Positions 46,691 through 61,772 of a DNA stretch of 64,000 nt are shown piece by piece. Made by a program: the position numbers and the translations under genes. The notes below the pieces were generated by a model. The model was given only the letters and a program-made list of their open reading frames with translations. It made no database searches and had not been told where the DNA came from. The number at the start of each line of letters is the position of its first letter. Position 1 is the first letter of the stretch. Source of the stretch: Octopus vulgaris (taxonomy: Eukaryota); assembly GCA_951406725.2 (NCBI GenBank), contig OX597843.1:19778001-19842000 (forward strand), read 5' to 3'.

Positions 46691-46782
46691 CTCTGCTCCT
46701 GGACAACTGGTTACAGATGACTCATTGCACGTCATCTTTGAACATGTTTGACACTGCAAATTCCTTTGAAATAACGAGTAAT
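46691..46782 (-). CDS. aGPCR exon, first half of Ly6/uPAR (three-finger) domain
   Basis: YSLFQRNLQCQTCSKMTCNESSVTSCPGAE (LxCxxC start); phase 1-0; tag| and |gtaaac. Confidence 0.8.
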
Positions 46783-47275
46783 CTACAGAATATAAGTAAA
46801 TATCCATATTTTACGAACCAAATAGTGTGATGCATAGCAACAACAAGAAATATTTGCTTTCTGATGTAAAGAAATGTATATGTATTAGAGTTGGAATCAA
46901 TACATGTTCGCTATATAAACCAAATTATTAACAAAAGCTATAAACCTATTTTTATATTCATATGGAAATGTTTAAATTATGTCACAAATTCAACTGAGAA
47001 AAGCATGGAAGCTACCTGTTGCCCTTTTGTTTTAGCATTCTGATCTCACAAAAACGTGAAAACTGTGGAACAAGTCAAATAAAGGGATGAAATTCGAAAG
47101 TGGTAAGTGATGTTGCAGTGGGAACTCCCTTATAAAACCCGGGGATGTCATTTAAATTATGTTACAATGTTATATAGTGTGTGAAAAATGCTATAATAGG
47201 TGAACTGAGCAACACAATATTTGAATAAATAGGAAACTTTATCACTGATATGGTGGTATTCCAAATATATGCAGG

Positions 47276-47277
<2 letters not shown>

Positions 47278-47312
<35 letters not shown>

Positions 47313-47505
47313 TGTATGTATGTATGTATGTATGTATGTATGTATGTATGTATGTATGTATGTGTGTGTATGTATGTATGTGTGTATGTATATATGTATG
47401 TATGTGTGTATGTATGTATGTATGTGTGTATGTATGTATGTATGTATGTATGTATGTATGTATGTATGTATGTATGTATGTATGCATGCATGCATGTATG
47501 TGTGT
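47278..47505. repeat. (TATG)n microsatellite; (CATA)n also at 26197-26330
   Basis: Direct reading. Confidence 0.95.
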
Positions 47506-47647
47506 GTATGTGTGGAAATATATATATATCTATAAATGTAATATGTGACAATTATTCGGTAGCCATAATAAAACTCCGAGTTTCGGATGTCGGGGTGGAA
47601 ATTCACGCCGCCATCTCTTCAGTTATCCGGCCATCGGAAAACAATGC

Positions 47648-47708
<61 letters not shown>

Positions 47709-47763
47709 TATATATCACATACACATATATATATACACACATATATATATATACACACACATG

Positions 47764-48905
47764 CGGTGTCATCGAAAAAGGTTTCCGTGCTTTTCAAAAT
47801 GAAATAACTAAGTCTGTATTAAAGGAATTTTTCTGCGTAGACAATCTTCTTAAGAACCCCCCCCCTAAAAAGTCCATAGGAGTTAGATCAGAGATTCTAA
47901 GTGGCCACAGAATAGGACCATTCCTTCCAATCCAGCGGCCAGGAATCTGTTGTTGAGAATTTGTCGCACATTGTGGCTGTAGTGAGCCGGTGCTCCGTCC
48001 TGCTGGAAAAGTACACTTATTCTCTTTTCTCTTTCAATGTCTGCAATTTGAACTATTTGAGGGAACAGATAAATTTCTAGCATGTCCAAGTAACTAGCAC
48101 CTTTAATCGTGCTTTCTACGAATATGAAAGGGCCAAGAGCACGATCCTGCAGGAGTCCACACCATACATGAAACTTGGGCGAATCACGGACGTACTGGAA
48201 AACTTCATGGGGTTATTTAGCTCCCCACATCTGACTGTTATATCGCTTAACACAACCATTTATGTGGAATGTTGCTTCATCACTAAATAAAAATTCTGTT
48301 AAGATAACTGTTATCGTCATCAATTTCTCTCACCATCGTTACAGCAAATTTAGCGCTTTCAGGCCGATCAGTCTCCTTAAGTTTACGTCTCATTTGAATT
48401 CTGTAAGCATTCAGTCTTAGGCGTTTTGAATTGTTGTTTTAGACATACGAAACTCCAAACTGCGTCGATTGATGGACTTCTTAAGACAAGGCAAACATAA
48501 CAGTCTCAAACGCTCCACACTCTTTTCCAGCGTGCGAGGCCTGCCTGGAGATTTCTTAATATTTACATTTCCAGTTTCTTAAACCTGGTTAAACCCACGA
48601 ACAGTGGTTTTGTCTGTAGGGTAATCTTGTCCGTAAGTACGCCTAAAACGACGTTGCACTAAAACAACTGACTTAAACTCAGCGTACCACAACACATACT
48701 GCACTTTCTGCTGTAGAGTCGCCATGATTGCCGTGGAGAGACTGTCCAGACGCTCGCTAGTGAAATAGTGATTTGAAGGACAACGCAGTGGCAAATATCA
48801 AAACACCTACAGTTGTTATACAGTCGAATGTTGATTTCATACGGATCGCTGGCTTATAGCTTGAGTAATTGACAACTAAAATCGCGGAAACCTTTATCGA
48901 TGACC

Positions 48906-48906
<1 letters not shown>
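47764..48906 (-). mobile_element. Tc1/mariner-superfamily transposon (DUF4817-type N-terminus), defective
   Basis: TIRs cggtgtcatcgaaaaaggtttccg / cggaaacctttatcgatgaccg; MATLQQKVQYVLWYAEFKSVVLVQRRFR, FSDEATFH, FQQDGAPAH. Confidence 0.88.
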
Positions 48907-48953
<47 letters not shown>

Positions 48954-49603
48954 TCATACAGATAATATCTATATATAAAGATAGAGTATCTTTATATATA
49001 TATATATATATATATAAAGATACTCTATCTTTTATTCCCCCTCTCATGTTTCTTCCATTTTCTCGCTCCCCTCTCTCACATTGCTTGTCCCTATCTTGTC
49101 CCCTACAAATCTCCCCTCCTTCCATGTGACTGGTGTTCGGCCAGCCATGATCTTTCTTTCTTGGCCTGACTGCCGACCGCCAAGACTTCTTGTGTCCATC
49201 TCGTATGTCCCTGCTTTAGGCTTTCACTTCATACACGCCAGCTCAATTTGATTAGTTCTCAGTCGAAAGACACCCGTTGTTATTTCTTGTTGTTTGTATT
49301 CGCAATTCTATACCATGTTCTCCGTTTTCTTTTGTTTTGTCTTTGTTGCCGTACACATTCGCTATCTTTCTTACAATAGGGTTTAATGCTCTTAGCTGAG
49401 ACTTTTGGGGGGGCAACCAAATCGAACAATCTCAAGTGCAACTGCCCAAAATGGTCGTGACTTCTGGAACTTGACTGAGGAAAGAAACCCACGAATGGCC
49501 CGTCTTTTTCTGCCTGTCCTCCTAATTGTTGGTTCTCTTGTCTGCCTTTGTGTCGTCCATCTGTCCGAATGTTTTAATGTCCTTTATTGAGTTTTTGTTC
49601 CAT

Positions 49604-50343
<740 letters not shown>

Positions 50344-50344
50344 T

Positions 50345-50660
50345 ATCTTCTACATTGAAGACTTTTACCAACCTCATATATGCACACCAAACTTTCCGAT
50401 CTGCATCGGTTAAACTATCTGTATAGTGGACAATTGGATCAACGACATCTTAGAGCATCATAGAACATCGAGTGATCCAACTTAGCAACGAGTCGACACT
50501 CACTCAATATTTCCACTTCACCGACCACTCTGCGTAACGCCTCTCGGTTTTCGATTTAAACCTTCAACACCCGATTACCCATCTCTCATTTCTTTAGGGA
50601 AGAAGAGTATATCTTTGTGAAAACTTGTCCGCCTTTTGATTTAAATTCCCCCCCTCACAT
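50345..50660 (+). mobile_element. Decayed GIY-YIG (Penelope-like) fragment
   Basis: TNLIY...LYSGQ...EH...YFH..DHS remnants across frames. Confidence 0.4.
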
Positions 50661-50969
50661 TTTTCATCTACATTTCAACTCCCCACCATCTACTGTACCA
50701 ATATATGCTTTACTTCTCTGCTTCGATTCTTTTTCTTTTTCCTGCTGCACCACACCCACCTAACCCTCAGCCACACATTATTTGTCCCTGCTCCCATATT
50801 TACACTTTATACACACTTCACATGCTAGCTCACAGTTTCTACATACATATCTCAATTCGGCAGCACAGTTAGTCTCTTCACACTTTATTACACCTCCCCA
50901 CATCTTTCCCATTGGACATTCTATCTTTGACACATACACACTGGTACATAGACTCATACACATTCAGCG

Positions 50970-51470
50970 TGAGCAGCTGAGACTGTGGGTGTTATCTAGC
51001 CATGTTGATCTTGGTATACCCCTACATATCCTGCCAGTTTTAGTGGTAGAGGCCTCAGGTACCTCCAGCATATGTCCTATCAGAAGCTACTGTCAATACA
51101 CTTTCTGGTTGGACTCCCAAGTGTGATCAACTGAAACTGTTATCTAGCCGTCTGTTCTTGGTCAACCCCTAGATTTCCTGTCAATTTGCATGGGTTGAAG
51201 AATTGGTCTTGCGATTTTCTCGTGTGACATTCTAATCGCATGCCCGTATAACCTGAGAGGTAGTGCCTAAATGTAAAAAACGATCGACTCGATCTGGAGA
51301 GACTCTGTCATCTCCAAGGTACGCACTGAGTCGAGTAAAGTTACTCCAGAGATTCTTCGGAGAAATCCCATTTCAGCCGCTTCTATTTGCGATCAAACCC
51401 TTTCGGTCGTTAGCCAACATTTATGACAATAGGTGAGGATCGGCACGAAAACCAAACTAAGGATAGCACG
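50970..51470 (-). mobile_element. RTE-clade LINE 3' fragment
   Basis: VPILTY...IEAAEMGFLRRISGVTLLD...YGHAIRM...RG*PRT on the minus strand. Confidence 0.7.
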
Positions 51471-52092
51471 TTCCGCCGAGATTGACTTTGCCTTTCATCT
51501 TTCAGGGTCGATTAAATAAGTACCAGTTACGCACTGGGATCGATATAATCGACTTAATCCGTTTGTCTGTCCTTGTTTGTCCTCTCTGTGTTTAGCCCTT
51601 GTGGGTAGTAAAGAAATATGTATTCCGTCTGTCTTTACGTCCTGAGTTCAACTTCAAGTCAACTTTGCCTTTCATACTTTCGGGGTCGATAAATTAAGTA
51701 CCAGTTGCGAACTGGGGTCAATCTAATCGACTGACCTCCCCCTCCCCCAAACTTTCGGGTCTTGTGCGTAGAGTAGAAAAGAATAAATCCACGCACTGGT
51801 TCTATTTCACTTTATTATCCGTCCCTTTGTTAAAAATGTGTTAACAAATTAACAAAACGAATGTTCGATGAAACGTTCGGCTAATCAATCAAACAGTTAT
51901 GATTGTTAGAAACCTTTTGTTGCCATTCATGACCTCCTCAATGACTATTTGAATGTTTCCGTTCTATACTTACATAGTTGTGAGTGAGAATGTACATGAG
52001 AGAGGAAGGGAGTTAGAAAGAGTGTCTGTGTGCATGTGTGTGTGTGTATGTGCGCACACATTCATGCATGTGTGCGCTGTCGTGTGTCTGTT

Positions 52093-52123
<31 letters not shown>

Positions 52124-52352
52124 CTGCGTGTGTTTGTGTGCCGATGACGGTTTGTGTGATATCGTTGAATCTGTAAGTGCATTAGAGAGAAAATGTGAAT
52201 GAAAAGCGTGCGAATGGTAAAACGTTTATTTCTCATATCTTTGTCTATAGTTTCCCTTTCATAAGACATGATATTGTAAGCTCCAGAGAATAACCCGGAT
52301 TTTTGTTCGTTTCAATAATAAAAGAAAAACAAGCAAGGAAAGTTTTCCTAAC

Positions 52353-52510
52353 CTTTACATTGTGCATAATTCAGTATAGGGATTTGTACGCCTGGAGCCT
52401 CCTGACACTTGCCTCTGACAGTCACACTTCTGTTATAGACATTTTTAATATGATTTACGAAGGCTGGTAGGTGACATCCACACGTCATATTCTTATTGTC
52501 TCTGAGGTCA
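52353..52510 (-). CDS. aGPCR exon, last LRR strand plus LRR C-terminal cap
   Basis: DLRDNKNMTCGCHLPAFVNHIKNVYNRSVTVRGKCQEAPGVQIPILNYAQCK has the CxC...C...C cap pattern; phase 2-1. Confidence 0.85.
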
Positions 52511-53155
52511 CTGTAATTATAAAAAGAACTCTAACTGAATGCGCTTCAGACGAACAGAGAAATTCCTGTTAGATTTGACAAGAAGCAAAGATTAGAAAAT
52601 TCGAACAGGTGTATAAAAGTTATGACATTCATGGTTTTTTGCTTCCAAATTGTTAATAACATCAATAATTTGAAATGGTTTCTAGTGGAAAGTGAAAATA
52701 TTTTACGCTTCTATTAATTTTTAGCTTACATATTGAATAATAAGGTATCTTTAAATAAGAAGATTTCTATTCACTTAAAACGATACCATTTTATTGTGAT
52801 TTAGGGACATTTTGGGGACGGAAATTTGGTAGTAGCGACTTTGTGCCGCTCTCTCTGAGAAAAACTCATTTAGATGGGAGGTTTTGGTGCTAAGAAGGTT
52901 GTGTTTATTCTGTGCGGCAAATATTTTTTAAGTCAGAGATGGACCAGTGCAGAAACTGAAAAATTACAGTGTTGTACTTCGTTAAGTTTCTGCGGCACAG
53001 ACATGTATAGTAATGTGCTTATTTAACAAGGGAGAATTTATATACATTTTTCGAAATATCAATTTAAATCTTTTCAGTTTTTCAAACAACACGCAATAAT
53101 GGTTTTAAATTTTGGCACAAGGCCGGCAATTTAGGGTAGGGGGTAAATAATGAAG

Positions 53156-55730
53156 TTACCTGAGAGGTAAAAGAAAAATTAAACAGGGCATAGCAGCAAA
53201 AGCTTGCCGCATAAAACGGTAGGAAAAACGGGAACGCTTCTTCCAACAAAATAGAGAATTCAGAATAAACACAAAACGTTTTTACAGAGAGTTAAACAAA
53301 GAAGACTATATCAATAGACATCATGCCAACGACATCAGTGATTCAGTTATACTGGGAAGCAATATGGAACAAACCAAAACAATACAACAAAAATACTTAG
53401 TAAATTAATAGGGAGACGGGTAGGAAGAACACAATAGAACTACAGATATGTCCCACAATCACAAGCCAAGAGATCACGGACAACTGAGGAGTACCAGCCA
53501 CTGGAAAACTTTAGGAATAAAGAAGGTTTCCAACTTCTAGTTGAAACACCCCAAAAGTACCCATAACCACGCAGCAACAGCATTCAATTTATTGATGAAC
53601 CAGAATCAACATCAAACTGAATGCTGGAAAAATAAAGATACCGCACTGCCACAAAATTATAGACCAATAATATACCTATCAACATCAAACGAAACCCTAG
53701 CATCAGTAATCCATAACCGGCTTATAAAGCATCTGGAAAACTACAATGTTTTACCAGAAGTAAAAACAAATGTATCGGATAGGAATGCATGGCTGTAAGG
53801 AGCAACTTCTGGTAAACCGAGCCATTACAGAGGACTGTAAGAGGAGAAAGACAAACTTGAACATGACTTGGATTGATTACTAGAAAGCATTCGACAGCAT
53901 TCCACACTCATGTATACAGGAATTTCTCCACACGAATAAGATAGCCTCACCACTACCAAAATATTTTAAACACGCAATGGCAAATCGGAAAAATCAGTAT
54001 AACATTAAAACTTACCCTACCCCGTTAGAAGAGGGATTTTTCAGGGAGACTCACTGTCAGACCCCTGCAGTTCTGCCTTTCTCCGCCCCCGCTAACAGAC
54101 TTGTTAAGCAAACCCACTATGCTATGGACAAAAAATAAAACACCTCCTGTACATGGGTGACCTAAAGATTTTCTCTAAAAGTACTATGGAACAGAGAAAC
54201 CTTACCAAAATTGTCCATAGTTTCAGTAAGGACATAGAAATGAGCATGCGGCTGGACAAAATGTGCCAGATTCACACCGAGAGAGGCAAATTAATCAGTA
54301 CTGAAAACTCTGCACTCAACATAGACACAGAAATTAAAGAATTAGACCAAGATCGCTTATTCAAATATCTGGGAATATACGAAACAGCTAAAATACAACA
54401 CAGAGAAATGAAAGAAACTTAGGAGAGAGTATTACAGAAGAGTTAAACTAATATTAAACACTGAACTTAATGCTAAAAAAATAAGATAATAGGGATAAAC
54501 ACGCTAGTCATACCAGTCACAAATTATAGCTTTAACATAATAAACAGGAAGATCAGTAAATTGAGAAACCTAGATAGAAAATTAAGAAGACTACTAACAG
54601 CGCACCGAAGTCACCACACCAAAGCAGACGCAAGCATAATATATTTATCCCACTTAGAAGGAGATTGTGACCTGATTCAGATAGAAAAATTACAATAAAA
54701 TAACAACTGTTGGACTAAGGAAGTTCTTAGAAACAAAGTGTGGGAGACTATTGCATGTAGTAATGCAACACGAGAATGAAATAGAAACAAAGTTCACTGA
54801 TACCTTGATTTCAGATGATAGTATGGCGGAAATATTCAAAGAGATAAAAAAGAAACCTCTGAAAATAGAATTACAAAAGATACTGAAGAAGAAATGAAGG
54901 GAAAATCACTCCGTTGCCAATATCCTGCAAGGCTTGACCAAGAGGAAGTGAGCCTCAGTAAAAGTCAAAAATGGCTCAAAAGCTCAGGTCTAAAAGCTGA
55001 AACGGAAGGATTGATTCCCGCTGCACAAGACCAATCTCTCACTACAAACAATTATAAAAACAAAATGAGGAAAATAGGCCCCAACACCAAATGCACAACG
55101 TGCAACCAAGACAATAAGACAGTTGAGCACATCGTTACGTGCTGCCCAGTCTTTGCCAAGTCTGAATAGATATACAGACACAATAAGGTAAGCAGTTATA
55201 TCCATTAGACAATATGCCAAAATTACATTAAAACTGACAATAGGTGGTATAAGCATATGCCAAAGAAGCTACAAGACAACGATCAGGCCACAATCATCTG
55301 GAATAGGCCGGTTCAAACCAGCAAAGAAATGACAGCTAATCACCCAGACATGATAATCAAGGATTGGGGAAAACATTTGCTTACTGATAGACGGTGCAGT
55401 ACCTTCTGATAAAATAGATAAATACAATCCTCTTAAGTACGAAATAGCCCGGCTATAGTAAATGAAGAAGGTGAAGATAGTGCCAATTGTTGCCAGGTCC
55501 TTGGGAACAGTATCAGAAGGAATCAAGTGGAATATAGAGGAAATTGTAACAGAGTGCCTATCAGAACTGTTACAAAAGGTTTGCCTCCTTGGCACAGCCA
55601 GAATAATCAGAAAAGTATTAGCTGAAAAGAACGGATAGCATAGTAGCCTAGGCTGCAGATAGAAAGTCCGCTATGCATGCAAGACTCCGAGAGTTCAAAC
55701 AAAACCTGTGATAAAAAGAAATTGGATAAT
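53156..55730 (+). mobile_element. Highly decayed R4/Dong-type non-LTR retrotransposon (RT plus restriction-like endonuclease)
   Basis: PQNYRPI, RGIFQGDSLS, YMGDLKIF, FKYLG, AAQDQSL, CTTC...EHIVTCC, HPD; many stops. Confidence 0.82.
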
Positions 55731-57486
55731 GGAATGTATGAACCTATTTGGTATTGCATCGAATATTGAGCAATTGCTCGGAAAACTTATGGCGAATTGG
55801 AGGACGGACCTGACAGAAGTTTAGGGAGAGTTGAAATCAGGAGGGGTATCTTCCAAGGGGACTGCCTGTCACCATTGATCTTTGTAGTGTGCTTGATACC
55901 ACTAACACTGTTACTGAGGAAAGCAAAAGTTGGGTATGCATTCAAAAGCCGCCAACAAAAAGTCAATCATTTGTTATTCATGGATGATATCAAACTTTAT
56001 GGTAAAGATGAAACCCAAGTCAGTTCCATCGTTGATACGGTGTATACCTTCAGTGCTGATATTAGAATGGAGTTCGGACTGAGAAAGTGTGGTGTGTTAG
56101 ATCTGAGGAGAGGTAAAATCAAATGAATGCACGGACTAACGATACCGTCGGAGGAGGTTATGAAGCAGAATAGAAGAGACGGGCTATAAGTACTTGGGGG
56201 ATTTTGGAAATGGATAAATTGACGGAGAAAGAAATGACAGAAAAATTTAAGGAGGAGTACTTGCGCAGACTGAGACTGATCCTTAAGTCGAAATTAAATG
56301 GACGGAATAAGATGGAAGCTATCAACACCTGGGCGGTTTTAATCTTTAGATATGGAGCAGGGGAAATCGCATGGACATTCGCGGAACTATACAGCTTAGA
56401 CAGAAAGGCAAGGAAGCTGCTTGCCAGATATGAGATACTCTACATAAAAAAGTGTCACAAACAGACTATATGTACCAAGAAAAAGACGGGGAAGAGGACT
56501 GACTGGATGCGAACACAGCATTAGAGCAGAAGAAAACAACATAACAAAATGCTACAGAACCGTTTTTATTAGAAGAAGGTGAGGCTTGTGTAGGATGAAA
56601 TATTGCAAAGATAAAGCACTGTACAAGCAATTGAAAACCAATGAAACTGAAAATAGGTGGGTAAAGAAAATAGTGCATGGACCATTTCATAGGGATGTTG
56701 AAATTAAGACAGACAGAGAAAAAAGATGGCTGTGGATGACTTCAAGTGATTTAAAACCGGAAACTGAGATTCTAATCTGTACTGCCCAAGTGCAAGCACT
56801 AAGAACAAACTACATAAAATACAGAGTAGACAACACAGTAGAAAGTGATAAGTGCAGAATCTTTGAAACCGCATGGCATATTACCAGCCAATGTACGCCA
56901 CTAGCACAGAAGGAATATATGAGACGCCACAACAATATAGCAAGGCTTGTCCATTGGACACTTTGCAACAAGTATGGACTTGACAGAGGAAAAAATTGGT
57001 ACGACCTGAAGTCCGAAAGCATCATCGAAAAGGATAATGCAAAAACCTTGTGGGATTTTATGACTCAGTGCAACCATGAGATAGAGACTAGGAAGCCAGA
57101 CATAGTCTTAATTGAGAAAGAAAACAAACTATGCTAGATCATAGATATAACATGTCCAGCTGACAACAAGGTATGCGATAAGGAAGAAAGAAAAGTCGGT
57201 AGATATGACAGGTTAGCTTGGGAGGTAAAGCAGTTGTGGTCGATGAAGAAGGTGGTAGTAGTACCAATTATTGTCGGAGCCTTGGGAACAGTGAGTAAAA
57301 ATTTCGAGACGTTCATGGAAAAAATAGGGGCTGCAATAAGGGTGGAGCACTTGCAGAAAACAACACTGCATGGAACCGCTTGAATATTCCGGAAGGTGCT
57401 CGTAAAAAAGAGGTGTTACTTTAGTTCAATGGTAGTGAACAGCTGACAACGTAATACATCTCCAGCGTTAGAAACTGTGCAAAGGC
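55731..57486 (+). mobile_element. 5'-truncated R4/Dong-type non-LTR retrotransposon ending at (TAA)n
   Basis: RRGIFQGDCLSPLIF, HLLFMDDIKLY, YKYLG, CRI..ETAWHITSQC..LA..EY.RRHN, RKPDIVLI. Confidence 0.88.
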
Positions 57487-57501
57487 AATAATAATAATAA
57501 C

Positions 57502-57545
<44 letters not shown>

Positions 57546-57689
57546 TGATATAATAATAATAATAATAATAATAATATAATAATAATAATAATAATGATAT
57601 AATAATAATAATAATGATATAATAATAATAATAATGATAATAATAATAATAATAATAATAATGATATTATAATAATAATAATAATAATG

Positions 57690-57720
<31 letters not shown>

Positions 57721-57768
57721 TATAATAATAATAATAATAATAATAATATAATAATAATAATAATAATG

Positions 57769-57801
<33 letters not shown>

Positions 57802-57820
57802 TATAATAATAATAATAATG

Positions 57821-57917
<97 letters not shown>
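57487..57917. repeat. (TAA)n microsatellite
   Basis: Direct reading. Confidence 0.96.
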
Positions 57918-57918
<1 letters not shown>

Positions 57919-59858
57919 CTTTTCTTGAGTTTGTAAGCCATGTAATAGAAGATAACTATTTCATTTTCATTTCAATACATTTTAATCTTTCTTTATGCCT
58001 TTGAGTCTGTCTCATTTGGTGTGTTTTAACCGATACCAAATAATCCATTGATAAGGAGGCAATCAGGTAATCCCTAAAGCAAAAAAAAATCTCAATTCGA
58101 TTGTTCTATTCAGTTATATGTGGTCGAACTATTGTCTGAGTAGAAATTAGAGGAAAGATGAATAAGAGAAGACTGAACCTCGAGCAGACAGGTACGAATG
58201 TAGGCCATGCCCACCACTACATACTGCAGCAGATTTATTCGAAAGGAGAAATGAGAAAGTGATAATTAAAATAACAGCAACCAAAACGATATTTGCAGAT
58301 AAAACATGAGGTTAGTTTACATGTTCTTCTTTCGGTCTTAAATTATTCTTCACATATAAGCACTAAGGAAAATATACTAATATTACAATGTTAAAACATA
58401 TTGAAGAGTTGCTCAAAAATAAGAATTCAAGTTATTATTTTTAGGGAATATTAACGAAATTATTATTTTTAGAGGATGTTAATTTTTCTATGTTCCATGT
58501 ATCAGAATTGGTAAAGTAAAATTAAGTAGAATGTAGTTAGAGAACCTTTAGATGACATTCTACATATAATGTGGAATCATAAGACAAAAAATGGTGAAAG
58601 GTTAAATGTATTGGGCAAAGAGATTACAGCTGACAGAAGAGAAAGAGATGAGATGCAAAATATAGATGACATACTAGATATAGAAGATATACTAGATACA
58701 GATGATATACTGGACAGAGACGACATACAAGATATGGATAAGTCTACTATATGTTACTAATTTGGAATATATAAATTACCAGATACTAGATATAGGTGAC
58801 ATTCTAGTTAAAGCTGGCAAACGGACTTATCACATAAGTATTATGGTTACATTTCCAAGGTACTACTCACCTGAAAGATATTTTGGGGAAAATACCAGGT
58901 ATATTTGAGAGTTTTACTAATAAAAATCCTTAAATATATCTGGACATTTTAGCAGATACATCAGAAATTGTAAGTATTGGAAATATTTTTCTCCCCATTT
59001 TACGAAAATAATCTTCTGAACCCGATAGGCTTTGTTCAAGCCAATACCGAGTATTAATTTATTTTTAATTTACTTTATAATCTATATATATATAGATCTA
59101 CATGTAATATATTCACATATATACATGCATCCATATATATATACACCCATACACACATACACACACACATACATAGGTGCAGGTGTGGCTGTGTGGTAAC
59201 AAACTTCGTTCCAAAACACATGGTCCCGGGTTCAGTCCCACTGTGTGGTGACTTGGCATGTATCTTCTGCTATAGCCTCAGACCAACAAAAGCCTTGCCA
59301 CTGGATTTTGTAGACAGAAACTGAAAGAAATCAATCGTATATATATGCATGTATATGTAAGTCTGTGTGTGTGTCTTTGTGTTTCTCCCTCATCACTGCC
59401 TCACAACTGTGTTCGTTTATTTACATCCCTGTAACGTACTGGTTTCACAAGAAGAAACTGATAGAATATCAGGCCTTTTATAACCAGGCTTATCAAAATA
59501 TAAAGAAACACTTGGCAGTAACTCATATTTTTGTTTGCCCACACAATTTATCTTTGTGTTTGTGTGTGAGTGTGTGTATACATATATATATATATATATG
59601 AATTTCATAGACAGAAACTTAAAGAAATCAATGTATATATATGTATGTATATATTTAAGTGTGTGTATGACTTTGTTTCTGTGTTTAGCCCTCATCACTG
59701 CGTCACAACTGCTGTTCGTTTATTTACATCCCCATAACTTACTGGTTTCACAAGAAGCTAATAGAATAAGTACCAGACTTATCAACATAAAAAAAGCACT
59801 ACGCTGTGTCTCATATTTTTGTTTGCCCGCTCAGTTGTGTCTATCAAATTATCTTTGT

Positions 59859-59895
<37 letters not shown>

Positions 59896-59959
59896 ATACA
59901 CACACACGCACACACATATATATATATATACACACATGTATGTATATGTGCATATTCAT

Positions 59960-61625
59960 ATCTAATATATCAAAGTCAATGTCTTTATGTGTGTTCGTGT
60001 ATTATTTATACATTCGAAAACTGTTGCACCGATCATAATGAAATTTGGAACACAAAATCGAAGCCTAGGGAGAAGGGCAATGCTGTGTGTTTCATACAAT
60101 TTCATGGAACAAAATTACTGAATGGATCTTTATTATATTTGAAACTTAGAGTCAATGCATAAGGGCGGGTATAATGCAATATTCTTGGTTTGAATTTCAG
60201 ATGGCTTAAAGGGGGCACAGCCCTCCATGAAAATTCATAAATTTTCGATGGTGATGCAATTTCGACCATGGGTAATTGACACACATCAAGAAATATTCTC
60301 AAAGTTTCCACTTCACATGAGGATTCTAAGATACCCTAATGGGGGCCTTAAACTCCCAAATTTTAGTCATTTCTTTTATGATCCAAAATTAGGTCAAAAG
60401 TACTGAATGGATCTTTACGAAATTTGGAAATTATATTCTATGCATAAGGGTAACAATCCCCATGACAAGTCATATATTTTTGCTGTTGATGACATTTTTA
60501 CCATAGATATTAGATACAAACGAAGTAATATTTATAAAATTTCATCTTCTTACAAATTAGAAAGACCCCTTTATGGGGACTTACCCACAATTTTGTCATT
60601 TTATCCAAGCAAAGACGAATAGTTGTACTCTTGGAAGCGGTGGGGGTCATCCGAGCATAGAAGATGAGCATTATTTGTAATTCAATGGTACAACAGTTTG
60701 CTTTGACATACACTTAGACTGTGATTTCTGCAATGTGCTGTATAAATTGTCAAGTAAATGAGAAGTATCTTTGCCTCCACTGATTCAGTTGCAAAGTGTT
60801 GAGTAAAGTTACTTGATTGCAGATCTCCTTTCAGTCTTTTTATTGTCACTAGGTCATACGTAGTCGCCACATGGTAACATTGATTTCAAGGCCTTCCCAG
60901 ATGAGTGACTGGTTATTCAAAGACATTTATAGATTGTATAGTTATTCTGTCCAGTTATGTATCAGTATAGTGGTAATTTGCAAACACCAACTTTCATTTC
61001 TCCTTAGCCCTCACGTCACAAAGTTGTTAATGTTTATTTCAGTTGGGTCACGCCCTTCCAATTGCTATAGATTCCTAATGCATCTTACGGATGTACCTGT
61101 CACCTGCATGGGGAGGAATACTACATTGGGAGTGGTAACGACTAGGGTACTGTAGCTGACTGCATATTGTGATCATTCGTCTTTTGGTTTCCTATAGCTT
61201 TGCTCTCTTTTACAAACCCAGTGAACATATATTTCCTATTTCAAAGAAATTCAAACAATAGATATAAGACCCAAGTTAAAAAGATTCTCAACAATTCAAC
61301 TTCTCTGGTTGACATTAACACATCCACCCCCAATAGGGATGTTAACTCTCACATTTTAGAGCTCCATGCCCTCCATTTTTCAGGAGCAAAATCCTTTTAA
61401 CAGGTTCTATAAGACTGGAATTTTGGAATATGCGCATAGAAATCAGCAGTATGGGATACATGTGGCACGATTACAATTTTGTTAGGGTGTGTAAAGAGGG
61501 AAATAACCCTCATCTGCTATTTTGATGTAATTCGAAACATATGTAATCCAGTTCATTACAGAAAATATAACAGAAAAGTTTAATTCTTCAATTGTATGTA
61601 ACACGGGCAATGCCGGGTAAATCTG

Positions 61626-61628
<3 letters not shown>
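59960..61628 (+). mobile_element. Decayed Helitron-like element
   Basis: Faint helicase C-terminal remnants at about 60600-61290 and a Helitron-style end cgggcaatgccgggtaaatctgcta; left boundary uncertain. Confidence 0.5.
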
Positions 61629-61681
<53 letters not shown>

Positions 61682-61701
61682 ATATATATATATATACACA
61701 T

Positions 61702-61740
<39 letters not shown>

Positions 61741-61741
61741 G

Positions 61742-61772
<31 letters not shown>

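Noticed and set aside
57975-58073. Possible extra exon after an acceptor-like site at 58074
   Set aside because: No LRR-like translation, and exons 62842 and 52510 already join in phase to give a proper LRR.
58660-58800. Degenerate 18-bp repeat reading DILDxx
   Set aside because: Short low-complexity tandem repeat with no exon signals.
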